Origin: Geopsychrobacteraceae bacterium
GTDB taxonomy: Bacteria; Desulfobacterota; Desulfuromonadia; Desulfuromonadales; Geopsychrobacteraceae
Length of the DNA stretch: 64,000 nucleotides
NCBI GenBank assembly: GCA_963662315.1
Contig: OY759353.1
Location: 1,248,001-1,312,000 of the forward strand
Reading direction: 5' to 3'
The first letter of the stretch is position 1, and each line of letters opens with the position of its first letter. Both the position numbers and the translations under genes were made by a program. The notes under the pieces were generated by a model. The model ran no database searches. It was not told where the DNA came from and saw only the letters and a program-made list of their open reading frames with translations. This document shows, one piece after another, positions 21,701-30,699 of the stretch.

Positions 21701-22033
21701 CCCTTGCTCTGGCGCCAAAGCAGCCAGAGCATTGAATCCATTGATGCCGAAGGATTGATCTTTGGTATTAAAAAAGATGTGATATTCGAGCAAAAGGTAA
21801 CCAATCTCGAGATCGGCGATCTCCTCTTCCTTTATACGGACGGGATTATTGAAGCCGAAAACCACCAACATGAATTTTTTGGCCTGAACCGCCTGAAAAG
21901 CATCTTGCAGGAATCCATCAACATGCCGCCTCAGGAACTGATTGATCATATTATGAACCAGGTCAGAATTTTTACCGGTGTCCGTCATTTTAATGATGAC
22001 ATCACCATGGTTGTCATGAAAATTATTAACTAA
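18788..22033 (+). CDS. SLC5 (sodium:solute symporter)-STAC-GAF-PP2C/SpoIIE sensor phosphatase
   Basis: CrbS-like SLC5 motifs (YSLSIAVYCTSWTYYGSVG, PYIALQLK, LPRQFH); STAC-like KFIG...ERTLAGYVGAAPAR (~20500-20720); GAF-like segment; PP2C motifs GGDYYD, IADVSGH, NAGH, YTDG, DDIT. Confidence 0.9.
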   Translation: MTAATSQAALVPASTVLLVSVAYFVILFLVAYYADKRRQAGRSLLKHSHIYSLSIAVYCTSWTYYGSVGRAATGGLEFLPIYLGPTLVAFTWWFLLRKMIYVSNKQNITSIADFISSRYDRSALLGAIVTVFTVLGITPYIALQLKAIAKTLALLSQPLTTTYPVITNYTQILPHTFDTAFFVTLMLALFAILFGARHLDSSERHEGLVVAVAFESLVKLIAFLAVGIFVTYGLFDGFGDIFQQFFNQFPERKDLFSLGTEQTPYTKWFTLIVLSMMAIMFLPRQFHIMVTENANPQHIKQAMWRFPAYMFLINIFVLPIALGGLIVNGGDTSQADYFVLTLPLSSGQPLLALLVFIGGLSASAGMVMVSAVAIATMILNHLFMPVILKINLQVQDLSGILINLKRVLIFGVVFLGYFYFRVIGDSYALVNIGLISFMAATQFAPAIIGGLYWQRANCKAAIGGITSGALVWFYTLLVPSFVRSGWIDSDILQLGPFGLTLLKPLELFGLNGFDIYTHSLFWSMLINLGTYLTLSFFIKPSKTEALQAHHFVDTSTELLSLPGALKRISKAPTVIEFVELMSKFIGEKPAQSAISDFLSSQEIDSRGALPDHEIPHLKSFTERTLAGYVGAAPARIIIENYLSARGSEMEDVFDIFGTVTISHAASREQLSVLYDAAQIVSSGESLQTTLDNILELLAVQFRFDLCVIRVHDPETDSLFVKSLVGQSSDHFGESERNLNVETYIGQSFVSNATIVINDTEYLDKPISARILKREHITCLAHTPITLEGEPIGVMSAFSRTAKGIFTQEFIALFENLARQVAIAWRNDQQLQEVLRVREQEREMQIAKDIQNGLLPTDFHNLKDIAIAGLCVPAHQVGGDYYDFIKRPHNIYDLVIADVSGHNIGSALIMAETRTFIHAKLNDIEQPADMLVALNDYFLKDLDRSELFVTMFYLQYHPKLRTLTFSNAGHNAPLLWRQSSQSIESIDAEGLIFGIKKDVIFEQKVTNLEIGDLLFLYTDGIIEAENHQHEFFGLNRLKSILQESINMPPQELIDHIMNQVRIFTGVRHFNDDITMVVMKIIN

Positions 22034-22128
22034 AGAACAAAGAACATTATATATTCTATATCTCTCAAAGTAGTGTATACTTCAAAAACTTTAAACCAGC
22101 ATACAGGGTCCGAATGAAGGGAGTAACC

Positions 22129-22470
22129 ATGCAACTGAACATAACTGAACAGGGCAACCTCGTCAGAATCAACATCGAGGAAGAAAGAATGGATGCCCAT
22201 AACAGTGGCGAACTGAAAGAACAAATGCTGCAACTGTTTGATGAAGGAAAAGCCAACCTGATTATTGATCTAAGCGCTGTCCGCTTTATTGACTCTTCAG
22301 GTCTTGGAGCTCTTGTCTCCGGATTCAAGAACGCCAGCGCCAGAGAAGGCAGTCTTAAATTGTGCTGCTTACAACCTCAGGTACGTTCAATGTTCGAATT
22401 AACACGCCTGCATCGTGTTTTTGAAATTTTCAATTCAGCAGAGGAAGCACAGGAAAGTTTTACTGCCTAA
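22129..22470 (+). CDS. STAS-domain anti-sigma factor antagonist (RsbV/SpoIIAA family)
   Basis: IIDLSAVRFIDSSGLGALV with the phospho-acceptor Ser; GGGAG SD before ATG 22129. Confidence 0.93.
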   Translation: MQLNITEQGNLVRINIEEERMDAHNSGELKEQMLQLFDEGKANLIIDLSAVRFIDSSGLGALVSGFKNASAREGSLKLCCLQPQVRSMFELTRLHRVFEIFNSAEEAQESFTA

Positions 22471-22489
22471 CATAAAAAAATAAGGGACT

Positions 22490-22909
22490 ATGGATAAACG
22501 GATCGAAGTAGATATCACAATTCCCAATGATACCAAACACCTGGGAATGGTTGGACGGATTGCGGAAGGACTTGCGTACTCTTTACGAGGGTATGAAGGG
22601 AATAAACGCGATCTGGCTTATCATCTGAATTTGGTACTTACTGAAGCAGTGGCAAATGCCATCTTCCACGGGAATAATTCCGATCCGGACGAATCCGTCA
22701 AAATCAACATGTCAGCCTCTGATCATGACCTGATTATCCGTGTTTATGATCAGGGGCTGGGTTTTGATAAAAAACTGCTCACTGAAGCAGCGGTTGATGA
22801 TTTTTCAGAAGGGGGCAGAGGTCTGCAACTGATCATCAAATTGATGGACCACGTAGAGCACAGCCGAGAAAATGACACCAATGTCCTGACAATGGTAAAA
22901 ACATTCTGA
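22490..22909 (+). CDS. RsbW/SpoIIAB-like Ser kinase (anti-sigma factor, HATPase_c_2)
   Basis: EAVANAIFHGN (N box), DQGLGFD (G1), EGGRGLQLI (G2). Confidence 0.92.
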   Translation: MDKRIEVDITIPNDTKHLGMVGRIAEGLAYSLRGYEGNKRDLAYHLNLVLTEAVANAIFHGNNSDPDESVKINMSASDHDLIIRVYDQGLGFDKKLLTEAAVDDFSEGGRGLQLIIKLMDHVEHSRENDTNVLTMVKTF

Positions 22910-22922
22910 TCTGGGCCCTACC

Positions 22923-23543
22923 TCACGGCTTAAACAATTGCAGCAGCTCCAGGTGACTACTGATACTTTTGTCTGACCCCGCTCCAGATCCATAGCCCAG
23001 AAAATTCATACCAGCGCTTTCCGCTGCCATCCGATCCAACTCAGAATCTCCGACAAAAACACAATGAACAGGCTTTGACTTCAATCTTTCAGCCGCAAGT
23101 AGCAACATATCAGGAGCAGGTTTTGGCTTTTCAACATCGTGGCAGTTCACAACTACAGTGAAATATCGCGACAGGGAAAAATGATCGAGGATCTGACTGA
23201 TACTGCTACCCCTGTTGGTTGCAATACCCACGGGATAGTGCTGCGCCAATGAATCTAAGACATCAGCGAGATGAGGTTCAGGGTGCATCTCAGGAATGAA
23301 CTGCTGATAATCAAGACTCGCTGCATATTTCAAGGCAGATGGCAATACGGCAGGATCTAGAAGCCCCTTCAGGACAACCGGAGTGCTGGCGGTGTGACAC
23401 AAATGGGCACGCCTCTTCTGATCCAGAGTGACAGGAGGGTGTCCATATTCAGTCAGCACTTTATTGTAAAAAGCCAGATTAGCCATCCGACTTTCAAACA
23501 TGACGCCATCGCAGTCAAAAATAATGGCATTAATTGCATCCAT
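22923..23543 (-). CDS. HAD-superfamily hydrolase (phosphoglycolate phosphatase-like)
   Basis: FDCDGV, ATNR, KPKPAPD, VGDSELD motifs. Confidence 0.9.
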   Translation of the reverse strand: MDAINAIIFDCDGVMFESRMANLAFYNKVLTEYGHPPVTLDQKRRAHLCHTASTPVVLKGLLDPAVLPSALKYAASLDYQQFIPEMHPEPHLADVLDSLAQHYPVGIATNRGSSISQILDHFSLSRYFTVVVNCHDVEKPKPAPDMLLLAAERLKSKPVHCVFVGDSELDRMAAESAGMNFLGYGSGAGSDKSISSHLELLQLFKP

Positions 23544-24318
23544 TAACGTTCCTTTTAGCAATGAGAATCAAGGCAACAAGACCAATGACAATCATTGGAA
23601 TAGAAAGCAGTTGCCCCATGGTTGCCCCTCCCCAAAGAAACCCAAGCTGGGCATCAGGCTGACGGAAATACTCCACACTGAAGCGGAAAATTCCATAGCC
23701 GACAAGAAAAGAGAAAGCCGGTATGCCACGTTTGACATTCAGTCGATGCAGCAGATAAATAATAAGAAACAGAACGAGTCCTTCCAAAAGGGCTTCGTAT
23801 AATTGGCTCGGATGACGTGGCAAAGGTCCGGCCCCAGGGAATACCATTCCCAAAGGAGAGTCAGTGACGCGTCCCCAAAGCTCACCGTTAATAAAGTTAC
23901 CAATACGCCCAAGACCAAGACCGACAGGCACTGCAGCAACAACAATGTCAGCAATCAGCAAAAATGGAAGTTTTTTCCGCCAGCAGAAGATAATCAGGGC
24001 AACAACAACCCCGATTGTCCCACCGTGAAAACTCATACCACCTTCCCAAACAGCAAAAATTTCAAGTGGATGATGCACATAATATTGAAAATTATAGATA
24101 AGCGTATAACCAAGACGGCCACCAAGAACGACCCCCAGGACACCATAAAAAAGCAAATCAGACAGGGTTTCTTCATTAACAGGAAATTGTCGTTTTTTGC
24201 AAATATGATTCATAACCAAATAGCCTCCTATAAAACCTAGAAGGTACATCATACCGTACCAGCGGACAGCTAATGGGCCGATCTGGATAATAATCGGATC
24301 AATATGAGGATAGTTCAT
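23530..24318 (-). CDS. lgt: Prolipoprotein diacylglyceryl transferase
   Basis: VRWYG, GGMSFHGG, GRIGNFINGELWGR, HPSQLYE. Confidence 0.98.
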   Translation of the reverse strand: MNYPHIDPIIIQIGPLAVRWYGMMYLLGFIGGYLVMNHICKKRQFPVNEETLSDLLFYGVLGVVLGGRLGYTLIYNFQYYVHHPLEIFAVWEGGMSFHGGTIGVVVALIIFCWRKKLPFLLIADIVVAAVPVGLGLGRIGNFINGELWGRVTDSPLGMVFPGAGPLPRHPSQLYEALLEGLVLFLIIYLLHRLNVKRGIPAFSFLVGYGIFRFSVEYFRQPDAQLGFLWGGATMGQLLSIPMIVIGLVALILIAKRNVNGCN

Positions 24319-25247
24319 GATTGCAACCCTTGTAAATAAGTAAGAGCTTGTTCCATATCAGCAGGAACAGGAGCTTCAAAAAAAAGGGGTTCCCGGGTAA
24401 CAGGGTGAGCAAATTTTAGCTGAAAAGCATGAAGCAACGGCCGCTCAAAAGTCAAACTGCCAATAGAAGACAAGCCATCATACAGTGTATCACCAAGCAA
24501 AGGATGACCATTTTCAGACATATGAACCCTGATCTGGTGAGAACGCCCAGTTAAAATAGTCACTTCAAGTAAGCAGTAGTGATCAAACTTTTCGATGACA
24601 CGAAATTGGGTTATCGCTTCTTTCCCCCCTTTGACCACTGAACGAACGCGATTATCATGCCGTGAACGGGCCAGTAAAGATCTTATTTCTCCACCGTCTG
24701 TTTTAGGGACACCGGAAACCAAAGCCAGATATTTCTTTTCAATAGCGTGGCCAACAAAAGTCTGGGTCATCGCTTTGTGGGCTTTGGAGTGTAGCGAAAA
24801 GGTAATCAGCCCTGAAGTTCCTCGATCAAGGCGCTGGACCATGCCGATATCGCATTTTTGATGTCTGTTAAAAGGGGTTTCTAAATGCCAGCGTAAAGCT
24901 TCATAGAGCGTTCCTTTAAATCGTGCATGGGTTGGCTGAGTATCAACTTGAGCTGGCTTATTCAGCACAATAAGATACTTATCCTGATATAAAATATGCT
25001 CATCAGCTATTCGAAACGGATCCAACGGCTGATTATCCAGATATACTTCAACCAGATCCCCGCCTTGGAGGCTGGCAGAACAACTCCGCGTTCTGCGCCC
25101 ATTGATATGAACCCCACCAAGGTCGATCACCTTCTTTGCCCTGGATCGTGACAATTCCTCAAATTGACTGGCAAGGACCACGTCCAGGCGTTCACCGACC
25201 TGCTGTTCAGATGCTTTAAATCTGAGAGTAACCCACTTTTTGTTCAT
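24315..25247 (-). CDS. RluA/RluD-family 23S rRNA pseudouridine synthase
   Basis: S4-like N-terminus, LNKPA, QRLDRGTSG, TGRSHQIRVH, GHPLLGD. Confidence 0.93.
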   Translation of the reverse strand: MNKKWVTLRFKASEQQVGERLDVVLASQFEELSRSRAKKVIDLGGVHINGRRTRSCSASLQGGDLVEVYLDNQPLDPFRIADEHILYQDKYLIVLNKPAQVDTQPTHARFKGTLYEALRWHLETPFNRHQKCDIGMVQRLDRGTSGLITFSLHSKAHKAMTQTFVGHAIEKKYLALVSGVPKTDGGEIRSLLARSRHDNRVRSVVKGGKEAITQFRVIEKFDHYCLLEVTILTGRSHQIRVHMSENGHPLLGDTLYDGLSSIGSLTFERPLLHAFQLKFAHPVTREPLFFEAPVPADMEQALTYLQGLQS

Positions 25248-25300
25248 TTCTCACCCATTTTATTCATTGACCTGAAGCACAGATGTCGTTTCGGTTTTTC

Positions 25301-25328
25301 TTGACAAAAATCATGTTCTTGTTACTAT
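25301..25328 (+). promoter_or_regulatory. Sigma70-like promoter for the 6S-like RNA
   Basis: TTGACA (25301-25306), 16 nt, TACTAT (25323-25328). Confidence 0.6.
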
Positions 25329-25346
25329 GAATCAACATTTGAATCC

Positions 25347-25524
25347 AGTTTTCTGGGATGCATGGAACAACTCTGGTCCCTTGACCAACATTGCTTAAAG
25401 GCCTGCCGTTACGTGAAGAGATGGTGTGCCAGCCCACCAATGAGTGGGACGCCTAAAATCGCTTCCGTGCACAAAGATTATTCTCAGGTCATTTGTACGG
25501 AGTTGCCCGGCATCCCGGAGAGTT
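25347..25524 (+). ncRNA. ssrS: 6S RNA (SsrS)-like
   Basis: About 178-nt rod: 25347-25361 pairs with 25510-25524 (G-U wobbles favour the + strand), CAACTCTG/CGGAGTTG, TGACC/GGTCA, central bubble, apical stems; flanked by a promoter and a terminator. Confidence 0.8.
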
Positions 25525-25527
25525 ATC

Positions 25528-25559
25528 AAAAAAGGCCCTGAAATATTCAGGGCCTTTTT
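25528..25559. terminator. Bidirectional intrinsic terminator (6S-like RNA / ihfB)
   Basis: AAAAAA-GGCCCTGAA-ATA-TTCAGGGCC-TTTTT. Confidence 0.85.
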
Positions 25560-25575
25560 ATATTCGATAGAACTT

Positions 25576-25854
25576 CTACTCGTCAACTCTTTCTCTGAGT
25601 TCTTTACCGGTCTTGAAAAACGGTGTTTTCCGAGACGGAATTTTTACCAACTGACCACTCTTTGGATTACGTGCCTCACGAGCTTCACGCTCACGAACAG
25701 AAAAAGAACCAAACCCACGTATTTCAACGCGATCTCCTCCGGCGAGAGCATCACCGATACCATCAAAGATCAGATTAATAACAGTTTCAGCATCTTTCTT
25801 ATTCAAAAGATCGTGATCATCAGAAAGACGTTCAATCAATTCACTTTTCGTCAT
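25576..25854 (-). CDS. ihfB: Integration host factor subunit beta
   Basis: MTKSELIE start at 25854, RVEIRGFGSF, ARNPKSG, FKTGKELRERV; downstream of rpsA-sppA. Confidence 0.95.
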   Translation of the reverse strand: MTKSELIERLSDDHDLLNKKDAETVINLIFDGIGDALAGGDRVEIRGFGSFSVREREAREARNPKSGQLVKIPSRKTPFFKTGKELRERVDE

Positions 25855-25891
25855 TTTTACCTTCCCTGCTTCGAAAAATTTATTTTTAGCA

Positions 25892-26782
25892 TTATCGACC
25901 ACTCCAGAAGTACGCGGGCCCGGAAAAACCGTCCACGCTCCCCCTTACTCCCAGATACTTCGAAATAACATTCTGCAAGTAACGATCAATAAGATTGGTA
26001 CGTTCAGGTTCAGGATAAATAAGATCGGGATCTTCACCTGCACCTGATAGCTTTCCGGCATAAGCGACAGCATCATAAAAAGTACCGATTTCGTCAATAA
26101 AACCGAGCTCCTTTGCCTGTCGTCCTGTCATAATGCGCCCATCAACATAGGGTTGAAGTCGATCAACGGGAAGTTTTCGCTCCACGCTGATGGTTTCAAC
26201 AAATTGTTGATGAACATCATCGATCAAGCCTTGCAGCAATGATCGATCAGCTTCGGAGAAGATTGCTGAAGACGATCCCGTATCCTTAAACTGGCCACTC
26301 TTGACCGTCTCCATCCTGACGCCGATATTATCCATCAGTTCACGATAATTGGGAAAAGACATAATAACACCGATACTACCGGTTATCGTGCCAGGATTAG
26401 CAAAGATTTTTTCTCCGGCAACAGCAAGATAATAACCACCAGAAGCAGCAACAGCCCCCATGGTAACAATCAAGGGCTTAACCTCTGCCAGTTTTTTTAA
26501 TTCTGCATATATTTCCTGAGAAGGACCAACCCCTCCGCCAGGAGAATCAATCCGCATAACAACTGCTTTGATCGAATCCCCTTCACGGTATTCCTTGATT
26601 TGCTCAATAATGCGTCGGGAGTCAGTGATGGGTCCTTCTATTTCAAGAACGGCTACTTTATTTCCGACCGAAACAGACATTGCTCCAAATGGAAATAAAC
26701 CCGCAGTAATAATAACCAAAAGGAAAAATAGGAAGATACCACTGACCGTAAGAATGGCCATTAAAAAAGGACGTTTTTTCAT
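25892..26782 (-). CDS. sppA: Signal peptide peptidase SppA (short form)
   Basis: RIDSPGG, AASGGYY, TGSIGV, KSGQFKD. Confidence 0.95.
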   Translation of the reverse strand: MKKRPFLMAILTVSGIFLFFLLVIITAGLFPFGAMSVSVGNKVAVLEIEGPITDSRRIIEQIKEYREGDSIKAVVMRIDSPGGGVGPSQEIYAELKKLAEVKPLIVTMGAVAASGGYYLAVAGEKIFANPGTITGSIGVIMSFPNYRELMDNIGVRMETVKSGQFKDTGSSSAIFSEADRSLLQGLIDDVHQQFVETISVERKLPVDRLQPYVDGRIMTGRQAKELGFIDEIGTFYDAVAYAGKLSGAGEDPDLIYPEPERTNLIDRYLQNVISKYLGVRGSVDGFSGPAYFWSGR

Positions 26783-26794
26783 GTCATACCAACG

Positions 26795-26827
26795 AAAAAA
26801 GGACCCCAGGATGCCTGGGGTCCTTTT
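26795..26827 (-). terminator. Intrinsic terminator after rpsA
   Basis: GGACCCCAGG/CCTGGGGTCC stem with a 6-A run on its left (U-tract on minus). Confidence 0.8.
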
Positions 26828-26844
26828 CCTGAGCGATCACGTAA

Positions 26845-28566
26845 TTAATCTTCCGCTTTACGATCCATAGCACCCTGCAGCAGAGCACCAAGGTTGGAAG
26901 TTGCATTTTTCTGAGCACCCATGAACTCATTGACTTCAGCTTTTTCTTTCTGCTCGTCAAGGTTTTTAATCGACAGGGCGATTTTGCGCTCAACAGTATC
27001 AACCTGAAGCACCGCAGCTTCAAGATCAGATCCAACTTGGGCAAACTCTTTCGGATTGTCGATCTTTTCTTTGCTTAGCTCAGAAACGTGAATCAACCCT
27101 TCAATACCTTCTTCCAGCTCAATGAAAATACCGAAATCGGTGACTGAAGTTACATTGCCACGCACGATGGTACCGCGGGCATAACGGGTCGGAACAGTCT
27201 CCCAAGGATCGGAGTTAAGCTGTTTAAGACCAAGAGAGAAGCGCTCATTCTCACGGTCGATGTTAAGAACAACAGCTTTAACCAGATCACCCTTTTTGTA
27301 AACTTCGGAAGGATGCTTGATACGCTTGGTCCAGGACAGATCAGAGATATGAACCAGACCGTCAATACCCTCATCGACACCTACGAAGATGCCGAAATCA
27401 GTAATGTTTTTAACTTGACCTTCAATGATGGTACCAATCGGGAATTTCTCACCGATAATATCCCATGGGTTTGGCTCAACTTGTTTGAGGCCCAGGGAAA
27501 TACGACGGTTTTCGGTATCCAGCGCCAGAACTACGGACTCAACATCATCACCGATGGCGAGAACTTTGTTCGGATGTTTTACGCGCTTGGTCCAGCTCAT
27601 TTCAGAAACGTGAATCAGGCCTTCAACACCTTCTTCAAGCTCAATAAATGCGCCGTAATCGGTCAAGCTGACAACCTTACCGGTCACCTTGCCGCCGATT
27701 GGGTATTTTGCTTCGACATCAAGCCATGGATCGGGAGCAATCTGCTTAAGACCAAGAGACACACGCTCTTTGTCTTTGTCGAATTTAAGAACCTTAACGT
27801 TGATTTTGTCGCCGACAGCCAGAATGTCTGAAGGATGCTTGACGCGTCCCCAGGACATATCAGTGATGTGCAGCAAACCATCTATACCACCGAGATCAAT
27901 GAATGCACCGTAGTCGGTAAGGTTCTTAACGATACCTTCTGCGACCTGACCTTCCTCAAGAGTCTTGAGGGTTTCGCCACGCTGTGATTCACGCTCAGTT
28001 TCAAGCAGAACACGACGGGACAGCACAATGTTGCCACGACGCTTATTCAGCTTGATAATCTTGAATTCAAAGGATTGACCGATAACTTTATCCAGGTTTC
28101 TCACCGGACGCAGATCAACCTGAGAACCGGGCAGGAATGCGTTAACGCCGATATCAACAGACAGACCGCCTTTGATACGGCTGACAATACGACCTTCAAC
28201 CACTGCACCTTCTTCAAGAGAATTCCAGATTTTCTGACGATCGGCTTTCTCTTTAGACAGCATGATCAGACCGCTATCGCTTTCACCACCACCGAACAGG
28301 ACATCATAGACATCCCCGACTTTGACGTTAATCGCACCATTTTCGTCGGCGAACTCACGGATCGGGATAACGCCTTCCGATTTGTAACCAACATCGACAA
28401 CAACTGAATCAGGGTTAACCTGAACAACTGTGCCTTCGACGACATCGTTACGTTTCAGCTCAAAACCACCCTGCTCATAATCCTTGAGCAGCTCTTCAAA
28501 GCTTTCTTCGAACTCGTCCATTGCTTCCATTTCGTTTTCGTCCTGCATGTCTTTTTCTTCTACCAT
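26845..28566 (-). CDS. rpsA: 30S ribosomal protein S1
   Basis: Repeated S1 domains (AFLPGSQVD, DYGAFIDLG, GLIHVSEMSW); likely start MVEEK at 28566. Confidence 0.98.
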   Translation of the reverse strand: MVEEKDMQDENEMEAMDEFEESFEELLKDYEQGGFELKRNDVVEGTVVQVNPDSVVVDVGYKSEGVIPIREFADENGAINVKVGDVYDVLFGGGESDSGLIMLSKEKADRQKIWNSLEEGAVVEGRIVSRIKGGLSVDIGVNAFLPGSQVDLRPVRNLDKVIGQSFEFKIIKLNKRRGNIVLSRRVLLETERESQRGETLKTLEEGQVAEGIVKNLTDYGAFIDLGGIDGLLHITDMSWGRVKHPSDILAVGDKINVKVLKFDKDKERVSLGLKQIAPDPWLDVEAKYPIGGKVTGKVVSLTDYGAFIELEEGVEGLIHVSEMSWTKRVKHPNKVLAIGDDVESVVLALDTENRRISLGLKQVEPNPWDIIGEKFPIGTIIEGQVKNITDFGIFVGVDEGIDGLVHISDLSWTKRIKHPSEVYKKGDLVKAVVLNIDRENERFSLGLKQLNSDPWETVPTRYARGTIVRGNVTSVTDFGIFIELEEGIEGLIHVSELSKEKIDNPKEFAQVGSDLEAAVLQVDTVERKIALSIKNLDEQKEKAEVNEFMGAQKNATSNLGALLQGAMDRKAED

Positions 28567-28707
28567 TGGAGATGTGACCCCCTTACGAATTTTCCGGCGC
28601 CTGACGGCGACGGACTCAAATTTTTGAGACTGCGCACGATAGCACAAGCGCCTTTAAAAAACAAACCAATATTTTTCAAGCAGTTATTAAGATCGCTTTA
28701 GGGAATC

Positions 28708-29385
28708 TTAAAGGAGTTCACGCGCCCTGACAGTAGCGATCATTATCTCAAGAACCTCATCAATACTCATGCAAGTGGAGTCAATACTCAGAGCGTCATC
28801 TGCACATAGCAAAGGGGAATGTTCACGCGCCGTATCTGCAGCATCCCGCTGTTGAACCTCATCAATCGTTGTTTCCAGGTCTGCGACAATCCCCTTAGCC
28901 AGTAATTCTTCATAACGGCGCTGACCCCGTGCCTGTGCAGAAGCCGACAGAAAAAATTTAACCTCGGCCCGAGGAAAAACCACGGTCCCAATATCACGCC
29001 CCTCAAGAACGACCCCACCGTTTCGAGCCAATTTGCGCTGCTGTTCTACCAGCGCCTGGCGAACGCCGGGGCAAGCCGCAACCTGGGCAGTCAACAAACT
29101 GATCTCAGGTGTGCGGATCGCAGCAGAGACATCCTCACCGTTAACCAGAACCCGCTCTTGCTCTGCGCTGCGATCAAAGTCGATATTCAGACTTGCGGCC
29201 ATAACACCCAAAGACTGCTCATCATCACAGGCGATCCCACTCTGTTGAGCCGCCCAGGCAACAGAGCGATACATAGCTCCGGTATCGATATTGAGGTAAT
29301 CAAGTCGTTGCGCAAGCAGTTTACTCAAGGTGCTCTTCCCGGCACCCGAAGGACCGTCAATTGCGACAATCAATTTTTTAGCCAT
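28708..29385 (-). CDS. cmk: Cytidylate kinase
   Basis: IDGPSGAGKST, DTGAMYR, EGRDIGTVVFP. Confidence 0.98.
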   Translation of the reverse strand: MAKKLIVAIDGPSGAGKSTLSKLLAQRLDYLNIDTGAMYRSVAWAAQQSGIACDDEQSLGVMAASLNIDFDRSAEQERVLVNGEDVSAAIRTPEISLLTAQVAACPGVRQALVEQQRKLARNGGVVLEGRDIGTVVFPRAEVKFFLSASAQARGQRRYEELLAKGIVADLETTIDEVQQRDAADTAREHSPLLCADDALSIDSTCMSIDEVLEIMIATVRARELL

Positions 29386-29400
29386 ATTGAGCGTCCCCGT

Positions 29401-30699
29401 TTATTGTCTGCACAGGGAAAAGAGCAGCTCCCAAAAGCCCGGAAAGGAGGTCTCGGTACATTGAGTATCTAAAATTTCAACGGCAGATCCGGCACGCAGT
29501 GCCGCTATGGCCATACTCATGGCAATACGATGATCGCCGAAAGACTGCACTGTCCCGCCGCTTAATTCGCCACCGCCAACAATGCGCATGCCATCTTCAA
29601 GCGGAGTGATATCAGCCCCCAACGCACCGAGGCATTCACACATGGCCGCAATACGATCCGTCTCTTTGACCCGTAACTCTTTAGCGTCACTGATGGTCGT
29701 TACACCCTCAGCAAAAGCTGCCGCGACACTGACGACCGGGAACTCATCAATCGCGCGGGGAATCAATTCACCATCGATGTTGATACCTTTGAGAGAACTG
29801 CTCTTGACCAGCAGATCAGCAACCGGCTCGCCACCAATTTCCCGCTCGTTTAACAGTTCAATGGAACCGCCCATCTGGTGCAAAATGTCAATAATCCCGC
29901 TACGTGTCGGATTGATGCCGACATTCTTCAGAAGCAATTCAGAACCGGGAACAATCAGACCAGCAACCAGGAAAAATGCTGCTGAAGAGATATCGCCAGG
30001 CACGGTAACATCACGCCCCTGCAATTTTACCGGCCCGGTAATACTGGCGCCGCCATCAAAAGAAACCACATCGGCGCCGAAATAGCGCAGCATCCTTTCA
30101 CTATGGTCCCGCGACAGGTGAGGTTCATAAACCGTCGTCGTACCTTCAATCTGCATACCCGCCAAGAGCAAGGCCGACTTAACCTGAGCACTGGCAATCG
30201 GCGAATGGTACTCCAGCGGCTTTAGCTGCCCACCACATAGGGCAAAAGGGGCTTTACTGCAGTCACTACGTCCAAGAATTGTCGCTCCCATGGTTTTTAA
30301 CGGGTTTATAACCCGGCCCATGGGACGATTGCGTAGATACCTATCACCAGTCAGAACTGAGAAAAAGGGCTGAGCCGCCAGAATCCCGCTCATCAGCCGC
30401 ATAGTGGTTCCCGAATTGCCACAATCAATAACATCAGCCGGTTCCTGCAACATGAGCCCGCGACCATGAATAATCAACTCATCAGCAGCCCGGTCCTCAA
30501 CTTCGATACCAAGAGATTTAAATGCTGCCAAAGTCGACAAACAGTCTTCACCACGCAGCAGACCTGAAATACGGCTGGTCCCCTCTGCTAAAGAAGCAAA
30601 CATGATGGAACGATGAGATATGGATTTATCCCCGGGGACGACGAACTCCCCTTCGAGTTGCGTAACAGGAGCGATTACCCTATCGATGTTTTGACTCAT
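29401..30699 (-). CDS. aroA: 3-phosphoshikimate 1-carboxyvinyltransferase
   Basis: PGDKSISHR, GNSGTTMRL, SAQVKS, KETDRI, DHRIAM. Confidence 0.98.
   Translation of the reverse strand: MSQNIDRVIAPVTQLEGEFVVPGDKSISHRSIMFASLAEGTSRISGLLRGEDCLSTLAAFKSLGIEVEDRAADELIIHGRGLMLQEPADVIDCGNSGTTMRLMSGILAAQPFFSVLTGDRYLRNRPMGRVINPLKTMGATILGRSDCSKAPFALCGGQLKPLEYHSPIASAQVKSALLLAGMQIEGTTTVYEPHLSRDHSERMLRYFGADVVSFDGGASITGPVKLQGRDVTVPGDISSAAFFLVAGLIVPGSELLLKNVGINPTRSGIIDILHQMGGSIELLNEREIGGEPVADLLVKSSSLKGINIDGELIPRAIDEFPVVSVAAAFAEGVTTISDAKELRVKETDRIAAMCECLGALGADITPLEDGMRIVGGGELSGGTVQSFGDHRIAMSMAIAALRAGSAVEILDTQCTETSFPGFWELLFSLCRQ

Noticed and set aside
25428..25460. GAGTGGGACGC as part of a c-di-GMP-I (GEMM) riboswitch
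   Set aside because: Lacks GGCAAACC, the GAAA tetraloop and GCAAAG; better explained as the apical stem of the 6S-like rod.
25395..25968. ORFs 25395-25586 (-) and 25444-25968 (+)
   Set aside because: They overlap the 6S-like RNA, its terminator and ihfB antisense; no recognisable protein features.
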